From assembly GCF_009914755.1 (NCBI RefSeq), contig NC_060929.1: a stretch of DNA of 64,000 nucleotides, one strand, 5' to 3'. Source of the stretch: the human T2T-CHM13v2.0 reference genome, Homo sapiens. A program made the translations under genes and the position numbers. Shown here piece after piece: positions 16,431-30,718 of the stretch; position 1 is the first letter of the stretch; every line of letters begins with the position of its first letter. Below the pieces are notes generated by a model. It worked only from the letters and a program-made list of their open reading frames with translations. It ran no database searches and had not been told where the DNA came from.

Positions 16431-19400
16431 ACTAATGTTAATTGAGTTTGAGTATGGACTCTACAGAGCATTTTGTTTTCCTTTTAAAATTCAATTTGTG
16501 TAAAAATATGAGCTAAAATGATAATTATACATATTTTTACAGGGAAACTGAGGAATCGGATGTCATGTACTTTGCAGGCAACCATCAAATTTTATGTAAA
16601 TTATATTTATTTCAATGTAAATCTGCTTTAACTTAATGCTATATCTGCTAATTTTCTTATACCATGCACTTTGCAGACCGCTAAGAAGTATCGTCTTAAC
16701 AAATAAAAAAAATGCATAATTGGAATGCTTTATTTTATTAAATTTATGGGCAGTCAAGCCAAAGACTTGTAGGGCCTGAATTCAGTCATTTGCCTACCAG
16801 TTTGTGATACCTGATTGTGTGAACTGTGACAGATAGAAGAATAATAATTTAAAACATAGAACCACTGTCTCAAGACACATAGTTTAATTTGTTTCGTTAA
16901 GCTTTCAAGCTGATAAGAAAAATAGTCTTTCATCAAGGGCATAAATCCAAGGTGAAGATAAAGATATTTGTTCTAAAAGCATTCTTATTTTAGACTACAA
17001 GGGTACTATTATAAGGTTGGTCTCCTCAAAATATTCCCAATATAAAAAGAGAAGTGTGACTAAATAAGGTTGTGATGATGCTGATATTATTCATTCTCTC
17101 TCTGACACACACATGCACACACACTTTTTTTTTTTTTTTAGCACACTCATCCAGTTCTTTCTCTTTGACTGGTAAGATTTTTCTCTATGGGCCTAGAAAA
17201 TCTGTTCATGTCACTGCTACTATAAAGTCACAGATGTCAAGCTATTTTGTGTTTTCTGGATGGGCCCAATATCTGCATTGCTTATGGAACGAAGCTTCTT
17301 TCATTAAAGTGGCTAGATGCTGCCAGGGCACAGTCTCCATCATTACTCACTTTTGCTACAAATTTCCAATTTGTAGAATTTTAGCATCTTTAAAGATACT
17401 ACTAGTTATAAAATGTCCCAATGAAACTTGTGAAACTCTTTGATAGATTGCCTAAGTCAGACTTACAAGGACAAACAGAAAAGGAGTTGTCATGGAGACA
17501 CCCATGCCTGCATTGTTGGTGGATTATTAAGGTACTTCTAGTATTTGCAACTGAACATTTCAACCAATATTCATTTCTCTCTTGGGGGACTGATTTCTTA
17601 ACCAAAGATATATTTAAATATTATAAAAGTAGTCAAAAAAGACATATCTTCTTTCTCAGTTCATTAGCTCAGATTGATCACTGTGGCTTAATAGTTAATG
17701 ACAATGTTGTATAGTTTGTGACATCTGGAGTAACACATTCCTTCTCGGATATAAATAAAATGTCTCTTTTTTTCCTGGTAATGTCATTTCCTATGAACTA
17801 TTGCAGTGATGTGCTGCTTTGGTATATAAAAATCAGTGCCATGTATCTGATATCACAATAGATATTTTAAAATATTTTAAAATCAGGTTCCTATTCTCTT
17901 TATCTGTATCCTGCTCAACATGATGTAATGTTTTGATTTGCAGTCAATTTATAAACATCTAAAATCTGACACTTGAAATGTTCAAAGCAACCACATTAAT
18001 GGAGATTTTTGTATGAACACAAACACATTAATACAGCAGGGAAAAAGAGTTTGAGCCAGTTTGTTGCACAAAAGACATCATTTTCCTGAAAACAAATGGG
18101 GTGTTAAGTTCAGCTGCCATCACAGTGACAGTACAAACAACTAAAGGACAGAATTATTGCCAAGAATTTCACTTTGCCCGATAATGATTGAAAGAAAATA
18201 CACTGTGATATCATGTGGAAATGTAGGTTTTCAGAATTTCTATTTTTCTAAAAGAAACAGCTATATAAAGCAGAGAAATACACTCATTTCTCAGATGTAT
18301 TTATTTTAAAAGGTAGACAAATTGTAATAATTCTGAATTCATTCTTATTTCATTTTATTCATAAGTCAACTTGGAGAAAATTCTGGAGATGCGAAAGTCA
18401 AATATTTGCGCTTTTTATTTTTTAGCCACACAACTAAAGAAAGGCTTAAAAAATCACTTTTCTGGCCATATATGCTATTTTGTTCTTTATTCAGCCTCTT
18501 GAGAAGACATGGGATGTCAAAAAATGTACCATGATTGAGCAAAATGCATTAGAGTAGTTTTTCCTGGATTTCTTCTGAACATGGTGGTCAATGTATAAAA
18601 GCCTGTTTATATAACATTTTTTTGACCATATGTTTTAAAATATAATGATTTTCATCTGTTTCTTGACATTGCTATTTTAACGTGGAATATTTCTAAATTT
18701 CTTCATAGTATTTTGTCTCAATGTTTAATTCTATTTAATCAAAGTTATTGTACCTAGAGTACTTAGAAAAACATTAGTGTGTACATGCTTATGATAACAC
18801 ATATGTGTGTACACACACAGAGTAAGCCAAGTAAAGGAATATTGTTCAGGCTTTTTGTTGGTCCATGGTTTGGAGACTGTAGTATTAGAGACTTGCAAAG
18901 GTTAAGCTATACTGCAGGTAAAACAAATTAACTTTATTTAAAATTCAGAAGGTAAATCTGGAATAAATGGCCTTTTCCCTGTATCCAATATACAACAAAT
19001 GAATATAAATATACGTGTAGTTATATAGATACAGATAACATAACATAACACATAACATAACATTTTTGTATGTTTGTACATATCAGTTCACCGAGTGTAA
19101 ATTTCCTGTCTTATATTGTTAAGTACATCAGTTTTTTTTAGAGAGGCATGTTAAGGGTTATTTGTAAAACAGTTGCTTTGTAAGCAATTTACAGATTAAT
19201 TGAAACTAGCTTTATAACTAAAATAAATCACAATGTTCAGTTCCACAGATGCATGAGATAATGTTTTAATAGATAATTCTCCTGAGAATCTTCCAAAATC
19301 AAATTATTTGATGTAAAGAGTTAGTTCTTTTTCTTATGTAACCCAGGAGACATTATCCAAAATATAGCCCTTCCATAGTTTCTTGCTTTTTCTACCTCCT

Positions 19401-20220
19401 GTTTCATTATCTAGGTGAAAGCTTTTCAAATTTGAAGGCAAAGCTGACTTATTTAAAACTTGAACAATTAGACATAAATGCTCTGAAGTCACCACCATTA
19501 GAAATCAATAGCTTAGGATAGCTGTTCAGGATACTAGTGGAGAAAATGAACTCTGTATTTAAATATGTGTGGGAAAGTTAGGGGAGGTGTTAAATTGTTA
19601 TTTTTCTTTCCTATATGAATGACTACTACCATGTCAATCAGTCTTTTCTGAATTTCTAATCTGCTAGTGTTGAATACAGCATATTTTATTACCCCCACAG
19701 AATGCCTATAAATATACTGAAAATGTTCATCAAAGTTCTTATCAGTTCTGTGGTTACTAGTAATGCAAAGAATCTTTCCTTATCTGTTGAGGAAAAATTT
19801 ATTGCTCCCTAATCACAGAACTCAATTACTTTTATCAACCACATTAGGTGCTTAGATAAAGTTTCATTACATCTCCCCTACCCTGTTGTTACCTGCCAGG
19901 GCCTTATGCTCAATATCCTGAGAGATATGATGGAGCGCATTTAATCCATCCATGAGTCAGGAACATTTATAGTTCTGTGTTTTTGTTAGCTTCTGTATTG
20001 CGACTTAGCTAAGTACACGTGTTTAGGCAATTTCAGTAAATATAAATTGTCAACACGTACAGCATCTGGTATTTAGGCATAAACAGATGTCTCCAGTACA
20101 GATGCTTTCATGAATTTGGCTACTGTTCCATTGTAGATTGTAAATCATGTTTCCTCTCAAAGGCTCTTGAGCTAAAACATGATTGATATAAAGCTTTCTT
20201 ATCAATTAGATAAGACTTTA

Positions 20221-20502
20221 ATGGTATATATGTGTAAGTGTATGTGTGTGTGTGTGTATATAAGTATACATATATACATATATATACCATTACATAAATA
20301 CATTTGATTTGTTAATTTGTCCTTTATACCCTTTTGACTGTAATCAAAATGGTATGATAAAACTAGCTAGTTAAATGGAGATTATATGCATACACATATG
20401 CATGTACATATATGCATACATATACATATATACATATACATACATATATACACATGTATATACATGTGTATATACACACACACACTCACACATATACATA
20501 TA
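20221..20502. repeat. (TA)/(TG)/(CA) microsatellite clusters
   Basis: Direct inspection. Confidence 0.9.
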
Positions 20503-20945
20503 TCTGGTCTGTACCTGGCCCAGGTCAGTTATTTAAGTGACCTGCATAGTTTTGTAGGTGCTTAAGGACAGTGACTATGTCTTCAATATTACAGTAGGTT
20601 CAACGCAGGTCTATCTCTTGAATCTTGGCTCAGTATGTGTGGCATTTTCATTCTAAAATTACTATCTCTCAATTCATTCTTCAACTATTGTTTTATGTTG
20701 CACCAGTCTACAATGATGATCTCACTAAAGCCTGCTACTACTTCAGATGATAAGGTACACACCAGTGACATCATAATACTTGTTCACATGTTACATTTGA
20801 ATGACATGTTACTCTCTTCTCATTGCTCATACCACTGACAAAGTCCATTAAGAAGGAACTGACAGAATATTGTCCTAAGAGGTTATTTGCATTTGTTTTG
20901 TTTTAGTTAGTAGAAATTCTTGGGTTTTCATCAGCAAAGAATTTC

Positions 20946-21120
20946 TTTTTATATATATATATATATTTATTATACTTTAAGTTCTAGGGTACATGTGCAC
21001 AACGTGCAGGTTTGTTACATATGTATACATGTGCCATGTTGGTGTGCTGCACCCATTAACTCGTCATTTACATTAGGTATATCTCCTAATGCTATCCCTC
21101 CCCCCTCCCCCCACCCCACA
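20946..21120 (-). mobile_element. L1PA4-type extreme 3' fragment (~175 bp) with 11-bp TSD
   Basis: cccattaactcgtcatttacattagg; TSD caaagaatttc at 20935-20945 and 21119-21129; tail partly (TA)n. Confidence 0.9.
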
Positions 21121-21734
21121 AAGAATTTCAACAGGAATACGTGGTTGCGATGATAATGAGGATACTAAAAGGCAGAAATGGAAAATTGGCATCTAGCTAA
21201 GTAGATTGGCTCTAACATTGAGTATATCAGGCTGCCCAATATTACACATCTATGGCTGAGAAGGTGTTAATTTACCAACAGAACAGAGTAGAAAGACACT
21301 CATGAAAGTTGACCTCACAAATGAAAACCAATGTCTTGTTACTTCCCACCATATCTCTGTGTCCATGATCTTCACATCCAATGGTAAAACAAGGAACTTC
21401 TTACATGGTGCCACACACCACACACAGAGGAACACTTTTATCCCTTATTACCTCAAACACATAATCTTTTCTGCTCTACAGGTATTGAGTCATTTTTCTG
21501 AGAAGAAAAAAACATTTCTAGAAGAATTGGGAAGACTGGAAACTTGACTCTCAGATGTCAGATATTCTGTGTTAGAACTTCCTCTCTCTGTGTTAGAAAG
21601 GATATTCTCTCACTTTGTGGATCAATGTCCTTAAGCAGCTATTTTGCATGGCTTTTTATGCATATTTTATGACCTAGACGCAAATCTGTCAGGCAAAGAT
21701 GCAACATGAGAAAGTAAATATTGAAAAACTCACT

Positions 21735-21962
21735 TTTGTTAAGTACTGTTGAGATACCCTACATAGGTAGGTATGTAATAATTACTGTCCCTTATATTTT
21801 ACTTGGAAATTTATGGGGCATTTATTTGTATATCCTCATTTGACTGTTACACTTCCTTAAAAAGTATTATTAATGTTATCGTCTATTAAAATTAAAACAA
21901 CCCAAGGTGTACATTAAGTAAACAGTAGAACCGGGTGTTCTGACTCCAGAACCAGTGCTCTC
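21735..21962 (-). mobile_element. MIR remnant
   Basis: ccctacataggtagg...attttac...cccaaggtgtaca...tctgactccagaaccagtgctct. Confidence 0.5.
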
Positions 21963-22682
21963 CTTGGATTTTACTCTTCCTCTGGGGAAAAAATATCCTT
22001 GGCCCTACATCTTTTTGAAGTATCATCTGAGGACCAGCCATGCTTTTTTCCCAGCAGATACAGCACAATTGCTATGTATATCTATGTCTAGATAATTATT
22101 ACTTAGCTGACACCTTACCATCTGAGACGTTAGATTTTTTGCAGTACTTGATCCATACCTACTCAAGACTTCTGCAATACAGAGACTGAATTCAGACTGT
22201 GGCCCTTTAATGAGCATAGTACGTGGATATGCCTACTGTGGAATAAATTCATTCTTCAGTTATGTAAATCCCTAGCCCACCAAGTAAATTCTTTGGTGCT
22301 AAGAAAATACTGGCTTCTTGTATCCTCAGCAAAATATAAGAGTGAAAATAAGGATAAGAATAAAAAATAATCACAATGTCAGGGCACCTGCCCCATGCCA
22401 ACAATGTTTCATATCTATTACCGCTAATCCTCAAAAACACTCTAACAGGCAAGTTTTATATATTTGTCCAAAGACATGTCAGATATAATTTCTAGAGCAG
22501 AGCACAAGATCTGATTTGTCATTCTCTAATGCCTGTCTAAGAACTTTCTGCTAAATAATTGCCTCTGTAGTTCGGGAGACAAAAATGAGCTAATTTTCTA
22601 AAGATTATTGAAGAGGGTTTACATAAAGTGGCTGTTATCAGAAGGATTATCTCATGGCACAGTGCTTAATGATGATCAGTTT

Positions 22683-22735
22683 AGATAACACAAACATCAG
22701 AGATAACACTCACATCTGAGATAACACTCACACTG
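22683..22735. repeat. 18-bp tandem repeat, 3 copies
   Basis: agataacacaaacatcag / agataacactcacatctg / agataacactcacactg. Confidence 0.85.
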
Positions 22736-23039
22736 TGTCCTGATATGCAAATCATGGAGAATATTTGAAGCAATTACTTGGATAATTTTTGAAGAAAACA
22801 AATGCCATTACCTATGATAGTAGAAAAATTAATGCTAGCTTTTTCTTTTTCTACTGTACTAATAATATTAATAAATATTTCCTGCTTATATCCTGTCTGA
22901 GGCAGTTCAAAAGGCCCCTTTTCTTGTAGCTATGCCATCTGGAACAAATGCTTTTAGTAGAGAAAACTAGAAATAGAAGATTCATAATAGTCTTCAGTTG
23001 CATTGGCCCTGAAGTGACACTCTACATACACACTGTACT

Positions 23040-24630
23040 CTAGTTAGTAAATTTACTTCTTATAGGGTGCGAGGTTACAAAGTAAACCTGATACATATGT
23101 AGAGTAGAGATGAAAGTACATAAGTTATAGATAATGGGAGTCAGGTTTTTCACTGTATTATGCCATTCTCATGCTGCTGTGAAGAAATACCTGAGACTGG
23201 GTAATTTATAAAGAAAAGAGGTTTAATTGACTCACAGTTCCGCATGGCTAGGGAAAACTTAGGAAACTTAAAATGATGGTGGAGGGTACCTCTTTACAGG
23301 TTGGCAGGAGAGAGAATGAGTGCCCAGTGAAGGGGGAAGCCCTTATAAAAAAAAAATCAGATCTTGTGAAAACTAACTCACTATTATGAGAACAGGATGG
23401 GGGAAACCGCCTCTATGATTCAATTATCTTCACCTGGTCCCTCCCACGAAACGTGAGGATTATGGGAATTACAATTCATGATTAGATTTGAGTGGGGACA
23501 CAGCCAAATCATATTGCTGTCAGAGAAATAAGCTACAAAATAAATAAATACAATAAGAGAGTACAATGAAGCCTAGAATGAACCCTATGGGGCTAGACGA
23601 CAGCTAGAGAGATTCAATAGAACCCTTGTCTTTTAAAATATGTAATAAACATAGAAGTAGAGCAAAAAAAAAAAGATGTGTATAGAGACTGACTGGAATA
23701 CATAGTTATGTTTGCTACCTCTATCCTCTGATAGGATCTAAAAGTTGTGACATTCCAGTAGCAACAAGCATATCTAGGGCCCAGATTTTGATTTCTAAAG
23801 ATAATTTCCAATAAAAGAAACCATTACTTTTTGCAGAATTATTTGTTCTAGGGCACATACAAGACATCTTGTAGGGCTACAGAGTAAAGAAGTTCTAAAA
23901 AAAAAAAAAAGGAGGAAAAGAAAAGGATGGGGTTATATCTGGGGATGTATCAAAAGGAGACAGAAATCAACCTGAAAGAACTCTCAAGGGCCAGAAATGA
24001 AACAAGTTGAAGGACAAAATAAATAATATATTTTATTATACTCCTAAGAATAAGATATCTATCCAATGTTCCTACCGGTATATATAAATAAATAAATAAG
24101 GAACAACTGTCTTATAGAAGAACCTTAATTAATAAGGGTAGAAATATAAAGGTAAGTTGAAAATCATAATTAGAAAACCATGGTAAAATGTTTGCAGACC
24201 AAATCTATTGATAAATGTTGAAATCAGTGGATGAAACTTTAAGAAGTGGAATATCCACATAGACTCAAAATATCCACAATGTCTGTGGTGTTTTATATAT
24301 AACCACAGAACTTTGATATTCCCTTATCTAGCAGATAGAGCTTATTTCTCCCCACCCTAAGTGGAGGCTGGACTTTAGGACTTGGTTATAATGAATGGTG
24401 TATGAGAAGGAAAACAACTTATTTTACAATGAAGAAAACTGAAATACACTACCTTTACCAGATGATCACGTTAACAATACTGGAATAAGTCATACCGACA
24501 TCATGTACCCTTGAAAGGATGCAATGAAATGGGAGCATCACCTCTGTAGTATTATTCCTTATATCTATAATCTATTTATAAATAAATATTAGACAAATAC
24601 AAACTGAGGAACATTTCCCAATATACCCTA
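23040..24630 (+). mobile_element. L1MC/L1MD-type 3'UTR, interrupted by a THE1 LTR
   Basis: gtcaggtttttcac...agctacaaaa...gggcccagattttgatttctaa...gacaaatacaaactgagga. Confidence 0.65.
23154..23515 (-). mobile_element. THE1 (THE1C-like, ERVL-MaLR) solo LTR
   Basis: tgtatta...gagactgggtaatttataaagaaaagaggtttaattgactcacagttc...ggggacacagccaaatcatat. Confidence 0.9.
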
Positions 24631-24668
24631 CCGAGTCATCTTATCCCTGACCTTTAACTTCTCCAAAA

Positions 24669-24714
24669 CACTTTCACTAGAAATGAGCACTTTCACTAGA
24701 AACAAGCACTTTCA
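24669..24714. repeat. 19-bp tandem repeat, ~2.4 copies
   Basis: cactttcactagaaatgag / cactttcactagaaacaag / cactttca. Confidence 0.9.
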
Positions 24715-25389
24715 TCTCTCTTGTCAAAAAGATCTATCATATTGACTTTATATATGAAATATCTATTTCATGGAAATTAATGATATTGTTTTTTAAATAT
24801 GTCTATTAAGACTGACCTAACTTGCAATGTGGGACATGATGTTCAGTGTTTTTGCTTTCCCCATCCTGATCCCACTACGGGGCAATGTTGAAGTTTGAAA
24901 TTCTAGGTTCTAATCCTTTTCTAAATATTTACTGATTTCACATTAATTGATAAAAATTCCAAGATTCTTTCAACTAAATTTTTTTTGACTTGTGTTGTGG
25001 AACAGGTGAAAAGAGTAAATTGAAAGTCTAAATGTTATTTACAAACAGTGTATGACACTGTTAAAAGCATGTTGAAGAAAAAAATGAATGTGTTTTTCAA
25101 TGCAAATAAAATGGTTATAGTCTCAAGTTGAATATTATTTGTTTATGTTTATATGCTGTTATATTACTGGTAGGCTCAATATAAGACAATTATTTTGGAT
25201 TTATTATACATAATTATTCTAAGCTATGTTATTATGTATGGATACTAAATTTCTTCAAGATATCTATATGATAAAGAATTAAACTAGCCAATGGAAAACT
25301 AGTAAAAAGTAGAAATCTTCAAGCAGGAACAATACAATTCTAGAATCCTGTAATACTTGAACATGAAAATGATAAGAATAATAATTTAG

Positions 25390-25580
25390 AGCTGTAGTGC
25401 CACTACCATACCCACAAACTTTCTGTGGCTATGTGTAAATTTAAATATAATTTACAATTCCGTTCCTTTATTACACTAGTCACACTTCAATTGCTGAAGA
25501 GCCACATATGGCTAGTAACTATCATATTAGAGGGCACAGGCACAGAACATTTTTCGTTACTGTAGAAACTTTTATTAGTC
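25390..25580. mobile_element. MER33/MER3-type hAT-Charlie relic
   Basis: cactagtcacacttcaattgctgaagagccacatatggctagtaactatcatattag...cagaacattttt...tgtagaaact. Confidence 0.7.
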
Positions 25581-25883
25581 TGATTTAGATAAAAATGATA
25601 TTAATTTAAAATGATAATGTTTTGTTTTTATTAAACATTTCCAAATGCATAATATAGCATAAATCTGTAGAAATTTAACTCATTCTCTCAACATACTTGA
25701 GGAGAAGAACATTTTCCTTATTGTGAGAATTAAAAGCAAATAGGAAACAAGATTTAAAGGTGTATTTCAATCTGGACAGCAGGTCACTGCCCAAGTTCAC
25801 TGAGCATTAAGTACCTTTGAAATCTTATAATGGCTGACATTACATTGTAGTCCTGAATCTCCAAAGATGTCTTTGATAATGGC

Positions 25884-26430
25884 TGTAATGATTAATTTAC
25901 CTGTTGCCTGGTCTGGGCTAAAGAATAAACAAATAACTGGTAAAACATCATTTCTGGGTGTGTTGAGAGTGTTTCCAGAAGAGATTAGCATTGAATTGGT
26001 AAACTGAAGAAAGATGATCGTCTTCACCAGTGTGAATGGTCATCCAATCTGTTTAAGGCCAGGATAGAATGATAAAGTGAATAGAGGGAAAATGTACTCT
26101 TGGTTGAGACATTCACTTTCTCCTGCTCTCAGACATCAGCACTCCTGGTTTCCAGGCCTACAGACCCTGGCCTGGACTTATATCATCGACCTCTACCCCT
26201 CTCTGCCAATTCTAGGGTATTTGGACTTGAACTGAATTTCAGTAATGGCTTTCCCAGTTCTCAAGTTTGCTGGCAGCAGATCATGTGACTTCTTTGCCTT
26301 CACAAGTGCACAACCCAATTCTTATAACACTATGATAAAGATAAATTTATCTCTTTCTCTGTTTCTTTTTCACACACACACGTGTGTGTATATCCTATTG
26401 TTTTTGGTTCTTTGAATAGCTCTAATACAA
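25884..26430 (+). mobile_element. MLT2-family 5' LTR of ERV-L provirus
   Basis: tgtaatgattaattt...tttccagaagagattagcattgaattgg...ctctaataca. Confidence 0.85.
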
Positions 26431-26995
26431 ATTTTTGTTCAAGAGTGTTCAAAAGAAATAGAATTTTAAGGATGGTTTTTATAAATTGATTCTGAGATTT
26501 TGAGGTTTCAGAAATTGTCTCCTTAGTCTGATTAGATTTGAAGATGGGAATGACTATTCCCAGTAGAAAAGAGGGCAATGACATTCTATGGCCTGAATAG
26601 GGAAATGGAAATCTGCACTTGATATTCCTTATCAACCACTTATAGAAGCAAGAAGCTCAGTGACTTTGTATATGACACTTTTGAACATTTCTTTTAAATT
26701 AAGGACTGTAATGATGTTCATTGGTTGCTCCCACTATCACTGTACAAAGTGGGAAAGAAAAGGAGGAGTTCAAGGAATCAAATTCCCAGCTCCAACCTCT
26801 ATTTCTTCTAGCTGCAAGGCTAGAATTGCCAAAAATAAAATGCAGAAGCTCACCCTGTGATTGGCTGAATTACAATGAAGTTGTATTCCCAGCCTCTTTG
26901 AGTTTCTACTATTAACATTAGGGCATTGATTGAGGAAAAAATTGAATTGCATAAGTTGAAAGAGGGTGTGAAGAAAGACCTTGAACCCCTAAATT

Positions 26996-27160
26996 ATTTT
27001 TGCTTTTGAAATGGACAGGGTCTTGGTCTGTCACCCAGACTGAAGTGCAGTGGCGTGATCATAGCTCACTGCAGCCTTAAACTCCTGGGTTCAAGCTATC
27101 TTTTCACCTCAGCCTCCCAAATAGCTAGGACTGCAGGTGCATGACATCATACTTTGGTAA
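26996..27160 (-). mobile_element. Alu right monomer (FRAM or truncated AluJ) inserted in ERV-L gag, 12-bp TSD
   Basis: gacagggtcttggtctgtcacccag...atagctcactgcagcc; TSD aacccctaaatt at 26984-26995 and 27161-27172. Confidence 0.9.
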
Positions 27161-30100
27161 AACCCCTAAATTTAGATTGTTTTTCTTTGTCAGTGAAATT
27201 TCCATATACCCCATCAAATTAGCCTCTCAGCCACCAGCTAAATTGGCTGTTCCATCTTCAGTGGTATTGGTCTCCCTGCCTCCCTATGAGAGTATTAACA
27301 CATATTGCCTGGGAAAATGATAACAGTCTCTCCTAAAGTAGTTGCCATGGAAGACAATGTTGATTCTCCTCTCAACCTACCCCCAAGTGACTGCACTCAA
27401 CCAAAGGCAAGATGGGCATGGTTACCACAATGGACATCAGAGTCAAAGCAGTAATCAGAATAATCTGACCTGCACAGACTTATGGATTTGGCTAGTTAAT
27501 CATAGAGTTCCTAGCAGTAAAGTAGATAGGAACCATACTAAATTCTTACCTGATATATATAGATAGAAAAGTCTTAAGTCAAGTGAATAAACTTAAATCC
27601 TAACTTAAATCCTAAAAACAGAAAGTCACAACCCCTCAATCAATTATCAGGCCTAAGGAGTTTACAGACTCATAAGTCTTTGAATTAAGGGGAGGCTGGT
27701 TCTCCTAGAGGAAGGACCTCAACATAAAATTTTGATTGTAAATCTTTCTTCCAGCCTTGTCCAAAAAGACCCATGGCTTTTTGTCAGGGTAACTGTGCTT
27801 CGAAGAAAAGGAAAGGAAATAATCATACCTTTCGGGGACTACTGAGCACTGGCTCTGAAGTGACATTGAATCCAGGAGATGCAAAATGTCACTGTGGCTC
27901 TTTAGTCAGATTAGGGGCTTATAGAGATCAGGTAATCAATGAAGTTTTAGCTCAAGTCCATCTCACAGTGGATCTAGTGGGTTCTGAATTCATCCTGTGG
28001 TCATTTCCCCAGTTTTAGAGACATGATTGAAATAGACATACTTAGCAGCTGCCCGAATCCCCACATTGGTTCTCTGACCTGTGAAATGAGGGACATTATG
28101 GTAGGAAAGACAAAGTGGAAGCCAATATAACTGTCTCTACTTATAAAATAGTAAATCAGTAGCAGTGCCTCATTTGTGGAGAGATTGCAGGGATCCTTGC
28201 TACCACCAATGATTTGAAAGATGCAGGGGTGGCGATTCCTACCCCATCCTTATACCATTCTCCTATTTGGCTTGTGCAAAGGATGGATGGATCTTGGACA
28301 CAGAATTATTGTAAGCTTAACCAGATGATAAATCCAACAGCATCTGATGTACCAGGTGTGGTTTCATGCTTGAGAGAATTAAGACGTACCCTGGTACTGC
28401 TATGCAGCTATTGATCTGGCTGCCTGTTTAGACAGCCAGAGGATAAGTGCCTCTTTATCCCTGTCCATAAGGCCCATCAGAAGCAATTTCCTTTCAGCTG
28501 GAAATGCCATCAGTACATATTCAGCTACTCCAATTATATATCAACTCAATGACCCTATATCATAACTTAGTTCAAGAAGGATCTTAATTATCTTAACCTT
28601 CTATAAAATAACACACTGTTCCAATACACTCAAGACCTTATGCTGACTGGACCTAGTGAGTGGGAGATAGCAACCACTCTAGACTTATTGGTAAGACATT
28701 TATGTGTAAAACAGTGTTAAATAATCTTCACTAAAACTCAGGGACCTTCTATCTCAGAGAAATTCTTAGGGATCCAGTGATGTGGGACATGTCAAGATAC
28801 ACTTTCTACATTGAAGAATAAGTTATTGATTGTATCTATCCTTTCCTAAAACCATAAAAGAGGCACAGTGCCTAGAGGTCCCCTTCAGAATTTTAGAGGT
28901 GATATATCATTCATTTAAGTGTTTTACTTCAGCCCATTTACCAAGTGACCCAAAAAGTTGCTAGTTTTGAGATGGGCCCTGAAAAGAGAAGGCTCGGCAA
29001 CAGGTCCAGGCTATTGTGCAAGCTGCTCTGGCATTTGGGTCACATGATCCAGATGATCCAATGGCGCTTGAAATGCCAGTGCAAATAGGCATGGTGTTTG
29101 AAGCCTTTGGCAGGTGCCCATGCATGAATCACAGAGGAAGTCTTTAGGGTTCTGGAGCAAGAGCCTGCCATCATCTGCAATTAAATAAGCTCCTTTTGAG
29201 GAGCAACTCTTGGCTTGCTATTGGGCGTTACTGAATGCTTGACCATAGGCCACCAAGTTACTATGACCCCTGAGCTGTCAATCGTATACTGAATATAATA
29301 TGACCCAGCAAGCCACAATGTTGGGCTTGCATAGTAACACTATATTATCAAATGCAAGTGGTATACATGTTATTGAACTTGAGCAGGCCTGAAGGTACAA
29401 ATAAGTTACATGAATAATTGGCCCAAGTGACCATAATCTTCAATCCTGCTACCCTGCATTCTCTCTCCCAGCCTGCATCTGTGGCCTCATGGGGAATACC
29501 CTATGTTCAGTTGACAAAAAAAGAGAAAACTTGGGCTTGGTTTATGGATGGTTCTACCCAATATGCAGATAACCACTGAAAACTGGACCACTGTAGAACT
29601 ATAGTCCCTGTCTGGACATTCCTCAAAGATAGGAAGGAAGGCAAATCTTCCCATGGGTAGGACTTAGGGCAGGGCACCTGGTTTGGAACTTTGCTTGAAG
29701 GGAGAAATGGCCAGACATGTGATTATACAATAGTTCATGGGTTCTCACCAATGGTTTGGCTGGATGGTCAGGGATTTGGAAGAAACATGATTAGAAAATT
29801 GGTGACAAAAATATTGGGGAAAGATATTTGAGGATAGAGAACTCTCTGAATGGGAAAAATTGTGACGATATTTATATCCCATGTGAATGCTCACCAAAAA
29901 GTGACTTCAGTAGAGAATTTTAATAATAAAGTGGATAGCAGGAATCAGTTTATAGATGGCACTCAGCCTCTTTCCACAGCCACCCCTGTCATTGCCCAAA
30001 GGACTCATTTAAAATAAAAGGTCTTAGTAGCAGGGACTAAGGGTAAGCAACATAGATCTCCATTCACCAAGGCTGACCTGGCTATGACCACCACTGAGTG

Positions 30101-30283
30101 CTCAATCTGCTAGCAGCAGAGATTAACACTGGGTCCCCATTTGGCACCATTCTCCAGGGTGATCAGTCAGCTATCTGATGACAGGTTGATTACATTGGAC
30201 CATTTCCATTATGGGAGAAATAGCATTTTGTCCTTTCTGGAATAAACGCTTTGGATATAAATTTGCCTTCCTTACCTGCAATG

Positions 30284-30437
30284 CAGGCGTGGTGGCAGGT
30301 GCCTGTAATCTCAGCTACTCAGGAGGCTGAGACGGGAGAATCACTTTAACCTGGGAGGCAAAAGTTGAAGTGAGCTGAGATCGCACCATTGTACTCCAGC
30401 TTGGGCAACAAGAGTGAAACCCTGTCTCAAAAAATAA
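30284..30437 (+). mobile_element. AluS (Sq/Sp-like) right arm only
   Basis: ggcgtggtggcaggtgcctgtaatc...gggcaacaagagtgaaac...aaaaaa. Confidence 0.9.
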
Positions 30438-30718
30438 TGTATTAACTTTATATCAGTATTTAAGTCATGTTAATTTTATATCCCAATATTTAAGGTATGG
30501 AATATCAGGAGAAGGGTTAACATTATTTCAAGACTTTTGAAGAAGAGTTAACATCATTCAAAGACTCCTTTTTTGGGAAGACATTAGAGCATTTTTGGTC
30601 ATATAAATGATAATTGTATCATAGTAGGTAGAATTATGACTTTGTTATTGTAGTTATTTGGAGGTTAAATATGGTTTAAATAGATGCATATGGGCACCAA
30701 GTTAAAAAGGGGTGAGCT

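Larger units (their letters stand above)
26431..30718 (+). mobile_element. ERV-L internal region (gag/pol remnants, internally deleted)
   Basis: GLLSTGSEVTL protease-like, SPIWLVQRMDGSW RT, WFMDGS RNase H (~29538), ECSIC and *QVDYIGP integrase; purine tract before the 3' LTR. Confidence 0.9.

Noticed and set aside
17072-17714. 123-aa and 97-aa ORFs in unique sequence
   Set aside because: No recognisable domain, low-complexity content and no convincing splice structure
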